Below, in pieces: positions 18,397-27,644 of a DNA stretch of 42,350 nt; position 1 is the stretch's first letter; each line of letters starts with the position of its first letter. This stretch comes from Pseudomonadota bacterium (GTDB lineage Bacteria; Pseudomonadota; Alphaproteobacteria; Rickettsiales; Rickettsiaceae). The position numbers and the translations under genes are program-made. The notes under the pieces are model-generated. The model did no database searches. It was not told the DNA's origin and worked only from the letters and a program-made list of their open reading frames with translations. Where the stretch lies: contig JAZKAD010000018.1 of NCBI GenBank assembly GCA_040389305.1, forward strand, positions 12,920 to 55,269, read 5' to 3'.

Positions 18397-19154
18397 TTGA
18401 TCATTATAGCAGATAGGAGAGAGCCGTTATAGGGCTCACCTGTATGGCAAGATCTACGGTAGCTATGGTACTTTGAGTCCATAGAATATGTATCATCCAT
18501 ATTCCGAATTATATGCTGGATACCGCATTTAGCAAGCTTATGCTGCGCGTAACTCGGTATATCAAATAATTTCTTATGGGGATTATGAGACTCTATAAAA
18601 AATTGCTGGTTCGAAAGATTATCCCCGATAAAGCTCTCATAAAATCCCTCATCTACTTCATAGGAAGCTTGCTGTATCGAAGGACCCATGACAGCATATA
18701 TATCAGTTGCCCCCATGTTTTGCATAGCTTTAATGGTATTTTCTATAATACCTGATTTTGCACCCCTCCACCCTGCGTGAGCTGCGCCAATAATATCGCC
18801 CCTGCCGCTTGCAAATAGTATGGGCACACAATCTGCGGTCTGCACTCCCAAAACGAGTCCTGGCTTATCTGTGACTATAGCATCAACTTCAGGCTCAGAT
18901 CCATATTTGGTAGGAGCGTCTATATATATCACCTCTGCGCTATGGATTTGACGCATCACAGCAATACCCCGTCCGCCCATTGCTCGTGTAATCAAGTCAC
19001 AGCTCTTCTTGCAATCTTCTGCATCCTTTTTCACGTATACTTGCCTAGATGTAGTACTAGATTCTTGGAAAAATTTATCAAAAAAACTATACTCAACTTT
19101 GCCATCAATTAAACTAAGCGACATGCTACCAAACCCTTCCATTACTTTTGCCAA
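18393..19154 (-). CDS. pgeF: Peptidoglycan editing factor PgeF (YfiH / laccase-domain protein)
   Basis: The motifs QIHSAEV, TADCVPILF and AHAGWRG are present. The stop overlaps the ccmC start (ATGA). The start could be Met1, Met5 or Met11. Confidence 0.85.
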   Translation of the reverse strand: MAKVMEGFGSMSLSLIDGKVEYSFFDKFFQESSTTSRQVYVKKDAEDCKKSCDLITRAMGGRGIAVMRQIHSAEVIYIDAPTKYGSEPEVDAIVTDKPGLVLGVQTADCVPILFASGRGDIIGAAHAGWRGAKSGIIENTIKAMQNMGATDIYAVMGPSIQQASYEVDEGFYESFIGDNLSNQQFFIESHNPHKKLFDIPSYAQHKLAKCGIQHIIRNMDDTYSMDSKYHSYRRSCHTGEPYNGSLLSAIMIK

Positions 19155-19938
19155 GATATCAGATCAAATACGCAAACACAACCTGCTTGAGGATGTATGC
19201 GTAAGACTAGAGAAAGAGTTTGGGTTAACGCCATGCCTTGCTGCTGAAATTGAGTTTTATCTGGATAAAGACTACGGAGAAAGCGAGGGATCCGATGTTA
19301 ATGCTGGAAAGTTTTTTCTCAAAAAGGAAAAGGGCCTATACCAATATGAAATCGACCTACCTCCTGAGACTAATATGCTATCTCTTGTTCGCAATATAGA
19401 AAATAGTAAGCAAGATTTGCAAAATATCTATCCTTTTATCACTTTCCATCCTAAGCCATTTCCCGATGACTACGGCAGCGCCATGCATTTTCATATTAAT
19501 TTTCTCGATCAAAAAGGTGAAAACTATTTTGATGATAGCCGAAGCATGAATCTGGCTGCTAGCTCTTTATGTCATTATTTAATTCCTACATTTTTCCTTT
19601 TTGCTCCGGGTGAAGATCATTACTCCAGATACTCGGGACTTATGGCTCCAACTCATGTCTCTTACGGACCAAATAATAGAACTGTTGCTATTCGTATACC
19701 AGATGCCCTACCAAAACGTCTTGAGCATCGGGTTTCATCGCCTCTCACTGATCCTCATATAGCGATTTTTGCCATCCTAAAAAGTATTTATCTTGGTCTT
19801 AAATATAACACTGAAATAAAATACTACGACAAAACTTATGGTAATGCTTTTGATCCGCAATATACTCTCATACCTTTTCCAAGTTCAGCTGAAGAGGCAT
19901 TACAATATTTTTCTAAAGATTTCTTGACGGAATTTTAG
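19123..19938 (+). CDS. Short glutamine synthetase-like protein (catalytic-domain remnant)
   Basis: GS-like blocks EIEFYL, MHFHINF, YGPNNRTVAIRIP and RLEHRVSSPLTDPH are present. The protein is only about 270 aa and has no N-terminal beta-grasp domain. The first usable ATG (19123) overlaps the pgeF 5' end. Confidence 0.55.
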   Translation: MLPNPSITFAKISDQIRKHNLLEDVCVRLEKEFGLTPCLAAEIEFYLDKDYGESEGSDVNAGKFFLKKEKGLYQYEIDLPPETNMLSLVRNIENSKQDLQNIYPFITFHPKPFPDDYGSAMHFHINFLDQKGENYFDDSRSMNLAASSLCHYLIPTFFLFAPGEDHYSRYSGLMAPTHVSYGPNNRTVAIRIPDALPKRLEHRVSSPLTDPHIAIFAILKSIYLGLKYNTEIKYYDKTYGNAFDPQYTLIPFPSSAEEALQYFSKDFLTEF

Positions 19939-19947
19939 AATAACTCC

Positions 19948-21000
19948 TTGCATCGCTATGTGAGAATGAGTATGCTCCTACGCAGATCTTACTCCAAAGG
20001 TATCATGCAGGCAGATATTTGGGTACTCGCCGATCATCGCATAGGCACGGCCACACAGGCTATAGCTATTGCCGAAAATCTAAAACTCAACTCAGGCTTT
20101 AGCTTTGAAATCAAAAGATTGCATTATAATTTCTTAGCGCATCTTCCTAATTTTTTACTAGGCGCAACTACTGTTCACATAGATAAAAGTGCATCTTCAA
20201 GCCTGACAGAACCACTACCTAAAATTATTATCTCAGCTGGAAGGCGCGCGGCAAGCGTTGCTTTAGCGCTCAAAAGTCTAGGCAAAAATTTAGCTCAAGA
20301 CATCAAAATCATCCATATTATGCGCCCGTTTTTGGATATTCATAAGTTCGATCTTATTATCCTTCCTCAGCATGATGATTTTAAACCCTCTCCAAATATT
20401 TTTCGAATTATAGGCTCGATTCATAACGCGTCAGATAAAATGAAGCAATCCTCGGAGAGTTTCAAAAAAACTTATCCGGCAATAGGAAGGTTTATTGCGT
20501 TATGTATAGGGGGGAGTACTAAGAATTATACATTCTCTACTGAAGATGCAATGCAAGTCTTGGCTGCGGTGGTCAAAATAAGTAGAAACCACGGTCTACC
20601 TGTATTTATTAGCTTTAGCAGAAGAACACCCCCTCAAGTCAAAGCAATATTCCGAGATGCGTTTGACTGGCCTCATATCATTTACGATCCCCTTGATTGC
20701 CAAAGCGATCAAACGGCTTATAACCCGTATTATGGTATGCTAGCTCAATGCAGTTTTTTGATAATGACTTGTGATTCAATTTCTATGTGCAGCGAGGCTA
20801 CTGCTTCAGGCAGACCTATTTATATATATTGCCCCAAGAAAGCCAATATGCCCAAGCATAAATATTTTGTACAGCAGTTAGTCGATTTAAAAATAGCAAG
20901 GCTACTTGAACCCTCTACAGAAACCTTAGAAGATTATAACTATGTGCCATTTAACGAGTCTTTAAAAGTAGCCAATTTTATCAAAGAAAATATTTTATAA
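19948..21000 (+). CDS. ELM1 / DUF1022 family protein (mitochondrial-fission ELM1-like, glycosyltransferase-like fold)
   Basis: The blocks WVLADHRIGTATQAIAIAE, IIISAGRRAA, FDLIILPQHD, LCIGGSTKNYTF and SFSRRTPP match the family pattern. The true start is probably an internal ATG (for example 20005, MQADIWVL). Confidence 0.75.
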   Translation: MHRYVRMSMLLRRSYSKGIMQADIWVLADHRIGTATQAIAIAENLKLNSGFSFEIKRLHYNFLAHLPNFLLGATTVHIDKSASSSLTEPLPKIIISAGRRAASVALALKSLGKNLAQDIKIIHIMRPFLDIHKFDLIILPQHDDFKPSPNIFRIIGSIHNASDKMKQSSESFKKTYPAIGRFIALCIGGSTKNYTFSTEDAMQVLAAVVKISRNHGLPVFISFSRRTPPQVKAIFRDAFDWPHIIYDPLDCQSDQTAYNPYYGMLAQCSFLIMTCDSISMCSEATASGRPIYIYCPKKANMPKHKYFVQQLVDLKIARLLEPSTETLEDYNYVPFNESLKVANFIKENIL

Positions 21001-21021
21001 ACATTAAATATAGTAAGAATT

Positions 21022-22173
21022 ATGAAAATATTGCCATACTTACAGAGAATAAAAGAAGCGACACAACGAAAACTAGGTGAGACGTTAGAAGTTATAGAAC
21101 CCGCACATCCGGACCTCTCTTTCCTATCTTCTTCTACCCAACTAGATCGCACACCCTCTCCCTTCCAAGATTTGGAAGAACCTTTCACCCCAACTACTAC
21201 AGCCACTGACTTTTCATACTCAATTAACTCTACTCCAGATACAGTAGCTGCAAAACGTCTTTCAAGTACTTCTACTTCAGATCCTTTTTCAGGATTGGAA
21301 ACTTCGTTCTATACTCCTAGTCCACCATCTCCCATAGAACCCCACAAATCCTCACGACCAAATGATACTGACTTTAAACGTAGAGTTATTGAATGCGCTA
21401 AATACGCTAAAGCTATATATAGCGATACATTTCAGCTAGAAAACGAGGAGTCGGAGGTATTTCTATTGACCCAATCCTTACTAGGTAGCAAAGAATCTTC
21501 AAATCATTTCAGATGCGCAGTAACCTTAAATCACGCTAAAAAGGAAATTATTTGCACCATCTCGGGTACAAGAATTTATGGTAAATGGGGTGAGGTTTTT
21601 AGCGATCTAATAGATGATGCATGCTTAGCCATTGGGAAAAATCCCTATAAACTTCAATCAATTCAAGCGCTAAACAAGCTGTTAATTGATAATATGGATT
21701 GCCTTGAAGGGTATAGAATCTGTTATACAGGACATTCTCTTGGGGCAGCTCTTGCTGATGTAGCGGCTACGGACATGGCTCTAAAACTTGACCACCTTAA
21801 TAAACTTAGCGCGGGCATGGTGTCTGCTATTACTTTTGAAAATCCTGGAACACGCACGCAAGTTAAGAAATTAGTATCATCTTTGAAGGCAGAGTTGCGT
21901 GATATCGGAACGGATTGGCTTAGTGAAGTTAGAAATAAAGTGCAGTATTCGGCATTCAACACTAGGGCTAAACTTGCCACTTCTGTAGATATGCAAATGG
22001 ATAGATTGTATCGTATTATGCATTACAAAAAGGGTTGGTTCTTTGATGCTTCGCTAAATCTAAAGACTCAGTTTGATGAGCATGATATGGGCTGGATAGT
22101 TAAGATACTAGAAGGTTTGACGGATGTTATTTTAGTTAGCGGAGGGAGCGAGCATATAGACGTACAATACTAG
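21022..22173 (+). CDS. Class-3 lipase (Lipase_3) domain protein with P/S/T-rich N-terminal region
   Basis: The nucleophile elbow YTGHSLGAALAD (GHSLG at 21730-21744) is preceded by IICTISGTR, which corresponds to the FRGT block of Lipase_3. The first 110 aa or so are low-complexity P/S/T-rich. Confidence 0.7.
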   Translation: MKILPYLQRIKEATQRKLGETLEVIEPAHPDLSFLSSSTQLDRTPSPFQDLEEPFTPTTTATDFSYSINSTPDTVAAKRLSSTSTSDPFSGLETSFYTPSPPSPIEPHKSSRPNDTDFKRRVIECAKYAKAIYSDTFQLENEESEVFLLTQSLLGSKESSNHFRCAVTLNHAKKEIICTISGTRIYGKWGEVFSDLIDDACLAIGKNPYKLQSIQALNKLLIDNMDCLEGYRICYTGHSLGAALADVAATDMALKLDHLNKLSAGMVSAITFENPGTRTQVKKLVSSLKAELRDIGTDWLSEVRNKVQYSAFNTRAKLATSVDMQMDRLYRIMHYKKGWFFDASLNLKTQFDEHDMGWIVKILEGLTDVILVSGGSEHIDVQY

Positions 22174-22245
22174 TCTAGTGACTAACACCAAGTTCCATTT
22201 TTAAATGATCTAATTTAATCTGGAATTTGGTGTAATATCTTGTAC

Positions 22246-23373
22246 TCACTGAGCCCGGATATGCATATGCTTATGCACATGGACATTCATTATCAGTCCA
22301 AATCCACAAAGCATAGAAGCCATCATTGTGCCTCCGTAAGAGATAAATGGAAGCGGTAATCCTACTACGGGGAGAAGACCTGCGACCATAGCAATATTAA
22401 TGAATGCGTGAGAAAAGAAAATCGTCCCAATGCCTACAACTACCAATTTGCCAAAAATGCTGCGAGCATTGATTGCTATAGACATAATAATATATAGAAC
22501 AGCTGTATACAAAATTATCAGTAATCCTACACCCATAAACCCAAACTCTTCGGCAAGTGACGCAAAAATAAAATCAGTTTGATGTTCTGGCAAGAAATCT
22601 AGGTGACTTTGAGTTCCCATTCCTATACCTTTACCAAAAACCCCTCCGGAGCCTATCGCGATTTTAGACTGAATAATGTTATATCCAGCTCCTAGTGGGT
22701 CAAGCTCGGGGTTTAAAAATACCAGAATCCTCTTCTTTTGGTAATCATGCAGAAAACACCACAAAATAGGCATTGAGATAACCGAAGTAACCGCAGCTAT
22801 TGCCATTTTTTTAAGATCTACACCTGAAGCAAAAAATATAGTCATCCCGACAATAAGCGTAAGCAACCCCGTTCCTAGATCCGGTTGTTTTATTATGAAT
22901 GCAGCTGGTATACCTAAAAGACCTATAGGAAAAAGTAATTTAGAGGTTCTATGAAGATCTGACGTTTGCATCATATGAAAATATCTGGCAAGACAAAGAA
23001 CAATACCTATTTTCGCAAGCTCTGCGGGTTGAAGCCTGAGGCCAGCTATTACTACCCAGCGCTTTGCTCCCATAGCCGTATATCCAAACATATGCACAAA
23101 GATAAGCAATAAAAGAGCAATGCAATAAGGGATATAGGCGTATCTGAAGATGGTATTAAGATCTATAAGAGCTATCAGAATAGCTATAGGCATAAATATT
23201 AAGAAATTTGCCAGTTGCTTATATCCCCAAGGGTCCATACTTCCAGCGGCTGCAGAATAAAGTATTAAAACCCCATATCCAGAAAGAATAGTAATTAGCG
23301 CAATAAGCGCAAAAGGTAGGTTGTGGATTTTTTTTATAATCATTTTAATTGAAGGAAATATATAAATAAGCAC
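22246..23373 (-). CDS. rodA: SEDS peptidoglycan glycosyltransferase, RodA-like
   Basis: The motifs QPAELAKI, QSKIAIGSGGVFGKG, LDFLPEHQTDFIFASLAEEFGF and PLPFISYGGT are present. RodA is preferred over FtsW on size and motif flavour. The start may be the Met at 23343. Confidence 0.7.
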   Translation of the reverse strand: MLIYIFPSIKMIIKKIHNLPFALIALITILSGYGVLILYSAAAGSMDPWGYKQLANFLIFMPIAILIALIDLNTIFRYAYIPYCIALLLLIFVHMFGYTAMGAKRWVVIAGLRLQPAELAKIGIVLCLARYFHMMQTSDLHRTSKLLFPIGLLGIPAAFIIKQPDLGTGLLTLIVGMTIFFASGVDLKKMAIAAVTSVISMPILWCFLHDYQKKRILVFLNPELDPLGAGYNIIQSKIAIGSGGVFGKGIGMGTQSHLDFLPEHQTDFIFASLAEEFGFMGVGLLIILYTAVLYIIMSIAINARSIFGKLVVVGIGTIFFSHAFINIAMVAGLLPVVGLPLPFISYGGTMMASMLCGFGLIMNVHVHKHMHIRAQ

Positions 23374-23392
23374 CGCTTAAAGATCCTACCTA

Positions 23393-24319
23393 TCAATATT
23401 CATAAAAAGGACGAATTTGTTGCCGCATAGCTTCTAGGGCAAGGAGATATTCTAGTATAGACCTTGACTCAGAAACGTTAATCATAGACTCCTCTAAAGG
23501 ATATTCAAGCAACTTCTCTTTTTGCGTCTTTGCATCTTCTCGCATGGCCACCACTTCGCCCTCTGCTTTAGCAAAACTTTGTGCCCGAACCTGGAGGTTA
23601 GTTACAATATCATTTAATTGATTTAACGCCGTGTTTAAAAGAGTTAAACCCGTCTCAATGGTGGTTCGGGGCGTAGGGAATCCTCCATCTTTGAACGTCT
23701 GCATTGCGCCTATCAAATTTTTAAATCCATCTTGGGTGATGTCTATATCGGTACGAAGTTTTACACCTGGACTTAAATCCACAAAGCACGGATGAGGACT
23801 ATCGCTTGTATAACTAGTAGTTGGAAGGCCGTGAGAATCTAAGCTAGAAGTATTAATTACATCACCTATCGGCGCATCAGTTTGATTTAAAGACCCGAAT
23901 AAGGCTCGTCCAGAGTAAGATGTATTTAACTGAGATTTAATTATTTCTAATGCTTCCGTCGCGAAAGATGGAAGATTTATTATCTTATCTTGCCCAACCC
24001 CACCCGCAGTATTAATAGCAGCTTGAATGAATTGGGTGACTTGGCTTTGGACTTCTTCTAGTATACTAATAGCGTAGTTGAGACGTCCTTCATTAACTTT
24101 TTGTACCTGCGTATAATGCTCAGCCCTAGATTCCATAGATCTAATGGAACTTGCTACACTCAAAAGACCATTGTCTTGTAACTCAGCATAGCTACTGTAA
24201 CGCTCTTTCTTTGCAGCTTTCTCGCTTTCTATGTTAAGAGCTTGGGATTGTACGTCTATTAATTTATAGTTACCTCGTATATCTTGATTCGGACTAAATG
24301 TATTTACAGAAATTGACAT
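23393..24319 (-). CDS. flgL: Flagellar hook-associated protein 3 (FlgL), divergent
   Basis: The 308-aa ORF begins 3 nt after flgK ends. It has coiled N- and C-terminal segments in the flagellin/FlgL style. Position and architecture support the call more than motifs do. Confidence 0.6.
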   Translation of the reverse strand: MSISVNTFSPNQDIRGNYKLIDVQSQALNIESEKAAKKERYSSYAELQDNGLLSVASSIRSMESRAEHYTQVQKVNEGRLNYAISILEEVQSQVTQFIQAAINTAGGVGQDKIINLPSFATEALEIIKSQLNTSYSGRALFGSLNQTDAPIGDVINTSSLDSHGLPTTSYTSDSPHPCFVDLSPGVKLRTDIDITQDGFKNLIGAMQTFKDGGFPTPRTTIETGLTLLNTALNQLNDIVTNLQVRAQSFAKAEGEVVAMREDAKTQKEKLLEYPLEESMINVSESRSILEYLLALEAMRQQIRPFYEY

Positions 24320-24322
24320 GAT

Positions 24323-27160
24323 TTAACCTCCTAAAGCACGTAAAAATTTTTCATCATTGTCGCGCCACATGCTTATCATACGAGCAAGAGCGCCATTATA
24401 TCCTTCCCATTCGTACGCATTCATCATCACTTTATCGCGGTCTATCCTTGATTCTTTTTGAAGAGTTTTAATCATCTCTTCGGTGACTTCTCTCGCAGCT
24501 GTAGCTTGTCGATTTTTAATGTTACAACTAGCAGTAATTATTGTAACTATTCCCACAACATACTGCACTACTGTAGTAATGTTAGATATACTATCACCAT
24601 CATTAAATGTTACCGTATTAGCCAAGAGCTCTCCTAGCTCTACCATAACCTCTTTGGATCCTGTGCTTATTTCATATGCAAAATTAGTAACTGATTGCTC
24701 TATTTCTTTGTCAGTGCCTAATGCTAGATTCGTAACAAGAACGGGGGTGGCTGCTGTATTATGCCATAAATTTCCTACGCCATTGATATTAGAGTTTATT
24801 GATATTCCATTACCCCAAGTACCCGCAATTTGGGCAGTGCAAATCAAAGAAGAGGCGGTATTACCAATGCTAAATGATACTAAATTATTAAATAGACTTG
24901 TAGTATTATTAACTGCATTCAATTTTGCTATCATGTTGATGATCGTTTGAGCTTCCGTTACACCAATTTCGATTTCATTTTCATTAAGGGTAGGTCCTGC
25001 TACAAAGGTAAAGCTCACGCCCTCTATACTGATAGTATTACCTGCGACAGGAATGTTTCCTACAATATCCAGCTTCGCGCTAGCAGCAATATCACCAGTC
25101 ACCACTTTTTGCATCGTAGCCGGAACTTGACTTGTCTGACCCAAGGACATAAAGAGTGGATTGGATACTAGATCCGATCTGACATTCATAGTTATTGCTT
25201 TATCTGCTCCGGTGATAAAATTATTAAAACCAAAATAATGAGCAATATCTCTCCTAGTTGGTAAAATTGGTGTACGTATATTCAAAACTCCGTCATCGCT
25301 ACTTGTCTCGCCATTTATAGCTACGCTATAACCGCTTGCAGCCTCAAGCACCAACCTACCTGAGGCCTGGGTATCGGTAGAAGATATAACAAATCCCTCC
25401 TCATCTACAAGCTTGGCAGTTAGTACGGGGGTTGACGATAATGCGGATTTTGCTACTACACCTCCTGCATTTAATCCAGCTAAAGCAGATGGAGTGCCAC
25501 ATATTCTAGCGTTTAGTTTATCATCACCAGATATAGGGTTATCGATTTGGAACGTAGCATAGCCTTCTTCCCTAACGCCATTAGCTCCAAGTACTCTTAT
25601 TTTGACTGCAATCGTTGCCTTAGCACCTCCAAGAGGGATTTTGACGCTGATGTCATCTCCTGTTTTAATGTGGTCTCCCGCATCAACTGTTACACCACCC
25701 GGAAGAGCAGAAGCTGCAAGTTGTGACGATTGTATGTCAGCCGCATCAAACACTCGTACATCTAAAATTTGTACTTTTGCGTCAAAAGCTGATTGATTAT
25801 CTAAGTCCATCTGAAAATTAAATGTACCGTCGCTTGCAATAGCGCCGCTACCAACAAGCTTTACATCACTTAGAAGATACTGTTCATTTCCCGCCAGAAC
25901 AGTTACTCCTGCAGGCGGAGTAATTTCTCCCAAAGCTAAGCGCTGCTGAGTGACCCCACTATTAAACTGAGCGTTTATTTCGTTGATAAGTTCTTGAGTA
26001 GTAAGCTTACCTTTTCCTCGCTGACCATAAATTTTATCGAAGTCTACTTCAAGCGACCTAAGAGCTGCACCGTTATTCATGATTTTAGGCCTTCCGTCGC
26101 TACCTAAAACATCTACTTTCATCTTGCCAGACCAAGTGGTATAATCTGTCAAAGTAATTATTTTATTAGAAGTAAGCCTGGTACTAGGCGGAACTCCGCT
26201 ACCGGAGTTATAAATTTTATTTATTTGATCCGCCACGCTACTAGCAATTCTGTCGAGGGATTCTGTTACCGCGGGTAAGTCTACATTTCGAACGTTCATG
26301 AGTCCTAGAAGCTTACCGCTGTTTACTTGTCTTGCAGTAGATGGTGAGGATACAAGATTATACGCACTACCCGTTATATGGTCGCGATCATTTTTGTGTA
26401 AAATCGTTATATCTGGGGGAGATGCTTCAATCAAAAAATCATCTACAGAAGACGCAGGGCTATATCCCAACTCGGCATAAAAATCTCTGCCCACGAGCGT
26501 GATGGAAGGAAGGGTTGAAATCAAGGCCTCGCCTTTATCGCCGTAAGAGACTTTAATCGGAATTAAACTCGCCAGATTATTGAGCATTTTATCTCTATCG
26601 TCATGATAGATTACTGAAGTAGCGCTCTTGGTGATATTTTTATTAAGCTCAAAAATATCTTTTATTAAGGCATTTGTATCATTTTTCGTAGAGTCTATGT
26701 CGCCATCTGCTTGAAAACGTAAGTTATTAACTCCCTGGGCGACACCTGCAATACCCCCGCACATATTGAGCCCAGCAGTAATTACGCACTCTAGGAGGGT
26801 AGGATCTACAATATTGTCTGCAAGATCTTTAGCTGCTAATAAAAAATCTTCTACAGACGCATGAATCCCTCCACTTTCTGGACTTCCAAGTAAGCTATTC
26901 ACTTTATCCATATAAGTTGCTTGCGCAAGAGACATTTGACAAATACTAATTTGCGTTTGAGCTATAGCCATCGCAGACCTATTTTCAAAACGCTCTACCC
27001 TTGCATTAACCCCTATTACTTTATCCCTCTCTAATACAGCAGAAGTTACAATTTCTGATTTATTAGAGACTCCCGAAGATAATGCATGTTGTGTTGCAGC
27101 ATGCTCTATAGCTTTCTTACCAACATCAAACCCCGAAGCTAATAAATGATAATTCGACAT
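24323..27160 (-). CDS. flgK: Flagellar hook-associated protein 1 (FlgK), enlarged (945 aa)
   Basis: An N-terminal FlgK-like helical region (VEDFLLAAKDLADN ... NALIKDIFELNKNI), an internal HYFGFNNFITG block and a C-terminal helical segment are present. The gene lies between the FlgN-like gene and flgL. Confidence 0.75.
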   Translation of the reverse strand: MSNYHLLASGFDVGKKAIEHAATQHALSSGVSNKSEIVTSAVLERDKVIGVNARVERFENRSAMAIAQTQISICQMSLAQATYMDKVNSLLGSPESGGIHASVEDFLLAAKDLADNIVDPTLLECVITAGLNMCGGIAGVAQGVNNLRFQADGDIDSTKNDTNALIKDIFELNKNITKSATSVIYHDDRDKMLNNLASLIPIKVSYGDKGEALISTLPSITLVGRDFYAELGYSPASSVDDFLIEASPPDITILHKNDRDHITGSAYNLVSSPSTARQVNSGKLLGLMNVRNVDLPAVTESLDRIASSVADQINKIYNSGSGVPPSTRLTSNKIITLTDYTTWSGKMKVDVLGSDGRPKIMNNGAALRSLEVDFDKIYGQRGKGKLTTQELINEINAQFNSGVTQQRLALGEITPPAGVTVLAGNEQYLLSDVKLVGSGAIASDGTFNFQMDLDNQSAFDAKVQILDVRVFDAADIQSSQLAASALPGGVTVDAGDHIKTGDDISVKIPLGGAKATIAVKIRVLGANGVREEGYATFQIDNPISGDDKLNARICGTPSALAGLNAGGVVAKSALSSTPVLTAKLVDEEGFVISSTDTQASGRLVLEAASGYSVAINGETSSDDGVLNIRTPILPTRRDIAHYFGFNNFITGADKAITMNVRSDLVSNPLFMSLGQTSQVPATMQKVVTGDIAASAKLDIVGNIPVAGNTISIEGVSFTFVAGPTLNENEIEIGVTEAQTIINMIAKLNAVNNTTSLFNNLVSFSIGNTASSLICTAQIAGTWGNGISINSNINGVGNLWHNTAATPVLVTNLALGTDKEIEQSVTNFAYEISTGSKEVMVELGELLANTVTFNDGDSISNITTVVQYVVGIVTIITASCNIKNRQATAAREVTEEMIKTLQKESRIDRDKVMMNAYEWEGYNGALARMISMWRDNDEKFLRALGG

Positions 27161-27169
27161 ATATACTCC

Positions 27170-27637
27170 TTACGTCCTGCTGATTAATGCCATAGACGGA
27201 GTAAATTTCTGAAGCACTGCTGCAGAGGGCATTTTACCGTCTTTATTGTAACCTAATGTCTGCATGCGCTCTTCCGATACTTTATTTTGTAAAAATTCTC
27301 TTATGCCTTCCGTAATCTTAAGGCCCACTTCTGCATGAACCATCGTTTCATTGGAAAGGCTTTGCATTTTTATAAAACTAGCTTTGGCTTGTGCGCGTAG
27401 CTTAGAATCTACTCCTTTCATTGATTCAGGAAAAGCGATTACTCTTTGTTCGATCAAAGTTATAGCCTCCAAGAGCTCTTTTTGCCTCGGGAATAATTCT
27501 TTTACTTCGTGAATTTTGCCTGCTACAAGAAGCTTATTTTCTTTTGTAAGTAAACTGCATAACTCTCCTGCATAAGTCACGAAAGACTTTAATAGCTCAT
27601 GCGAAGTCATTGAAGAAATTTTATTAATATTAGTCAT
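27170..27637 (-). CDS. FlgN-like putative flagellar export chaperone
   Basis: This 155-aa helical protein contains LLKSFVTYAGELCSLLTKENKLLVAGKIHEVKELFPRQKELLEAI, which resembles the FlgN family. It is located directly upstream of flgK. Confidence 0.4.
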   Translation of the reverse strand: MTNINKISSMTSHELLKSFVTYAGELCSLLTKENKLLVAGKIHEVKELFPRQKELLEAITLIEQRVIAFPESMKGVDSKLRAQAKASFIKMQSLSNETMVHAEVGLKITEGIREFLQNKVSEERMQTLGYNKDGKMPSAAVLQKFTPSMALISRT

Positions 27638-27644
27638 ATTATTT

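Noticed and set aside
22185-22233. A 13-bp inverted repeat (acaccaagttcca / tggaatttggtgt) between the lipase gene and rodA looked like a possible bidirectional terminator.
   Set aside because: The loop is 23 nt and there is no U-run on either strand. On the minus transcript the G.U pair becomes a C-A mismatch. This is too weak to call.
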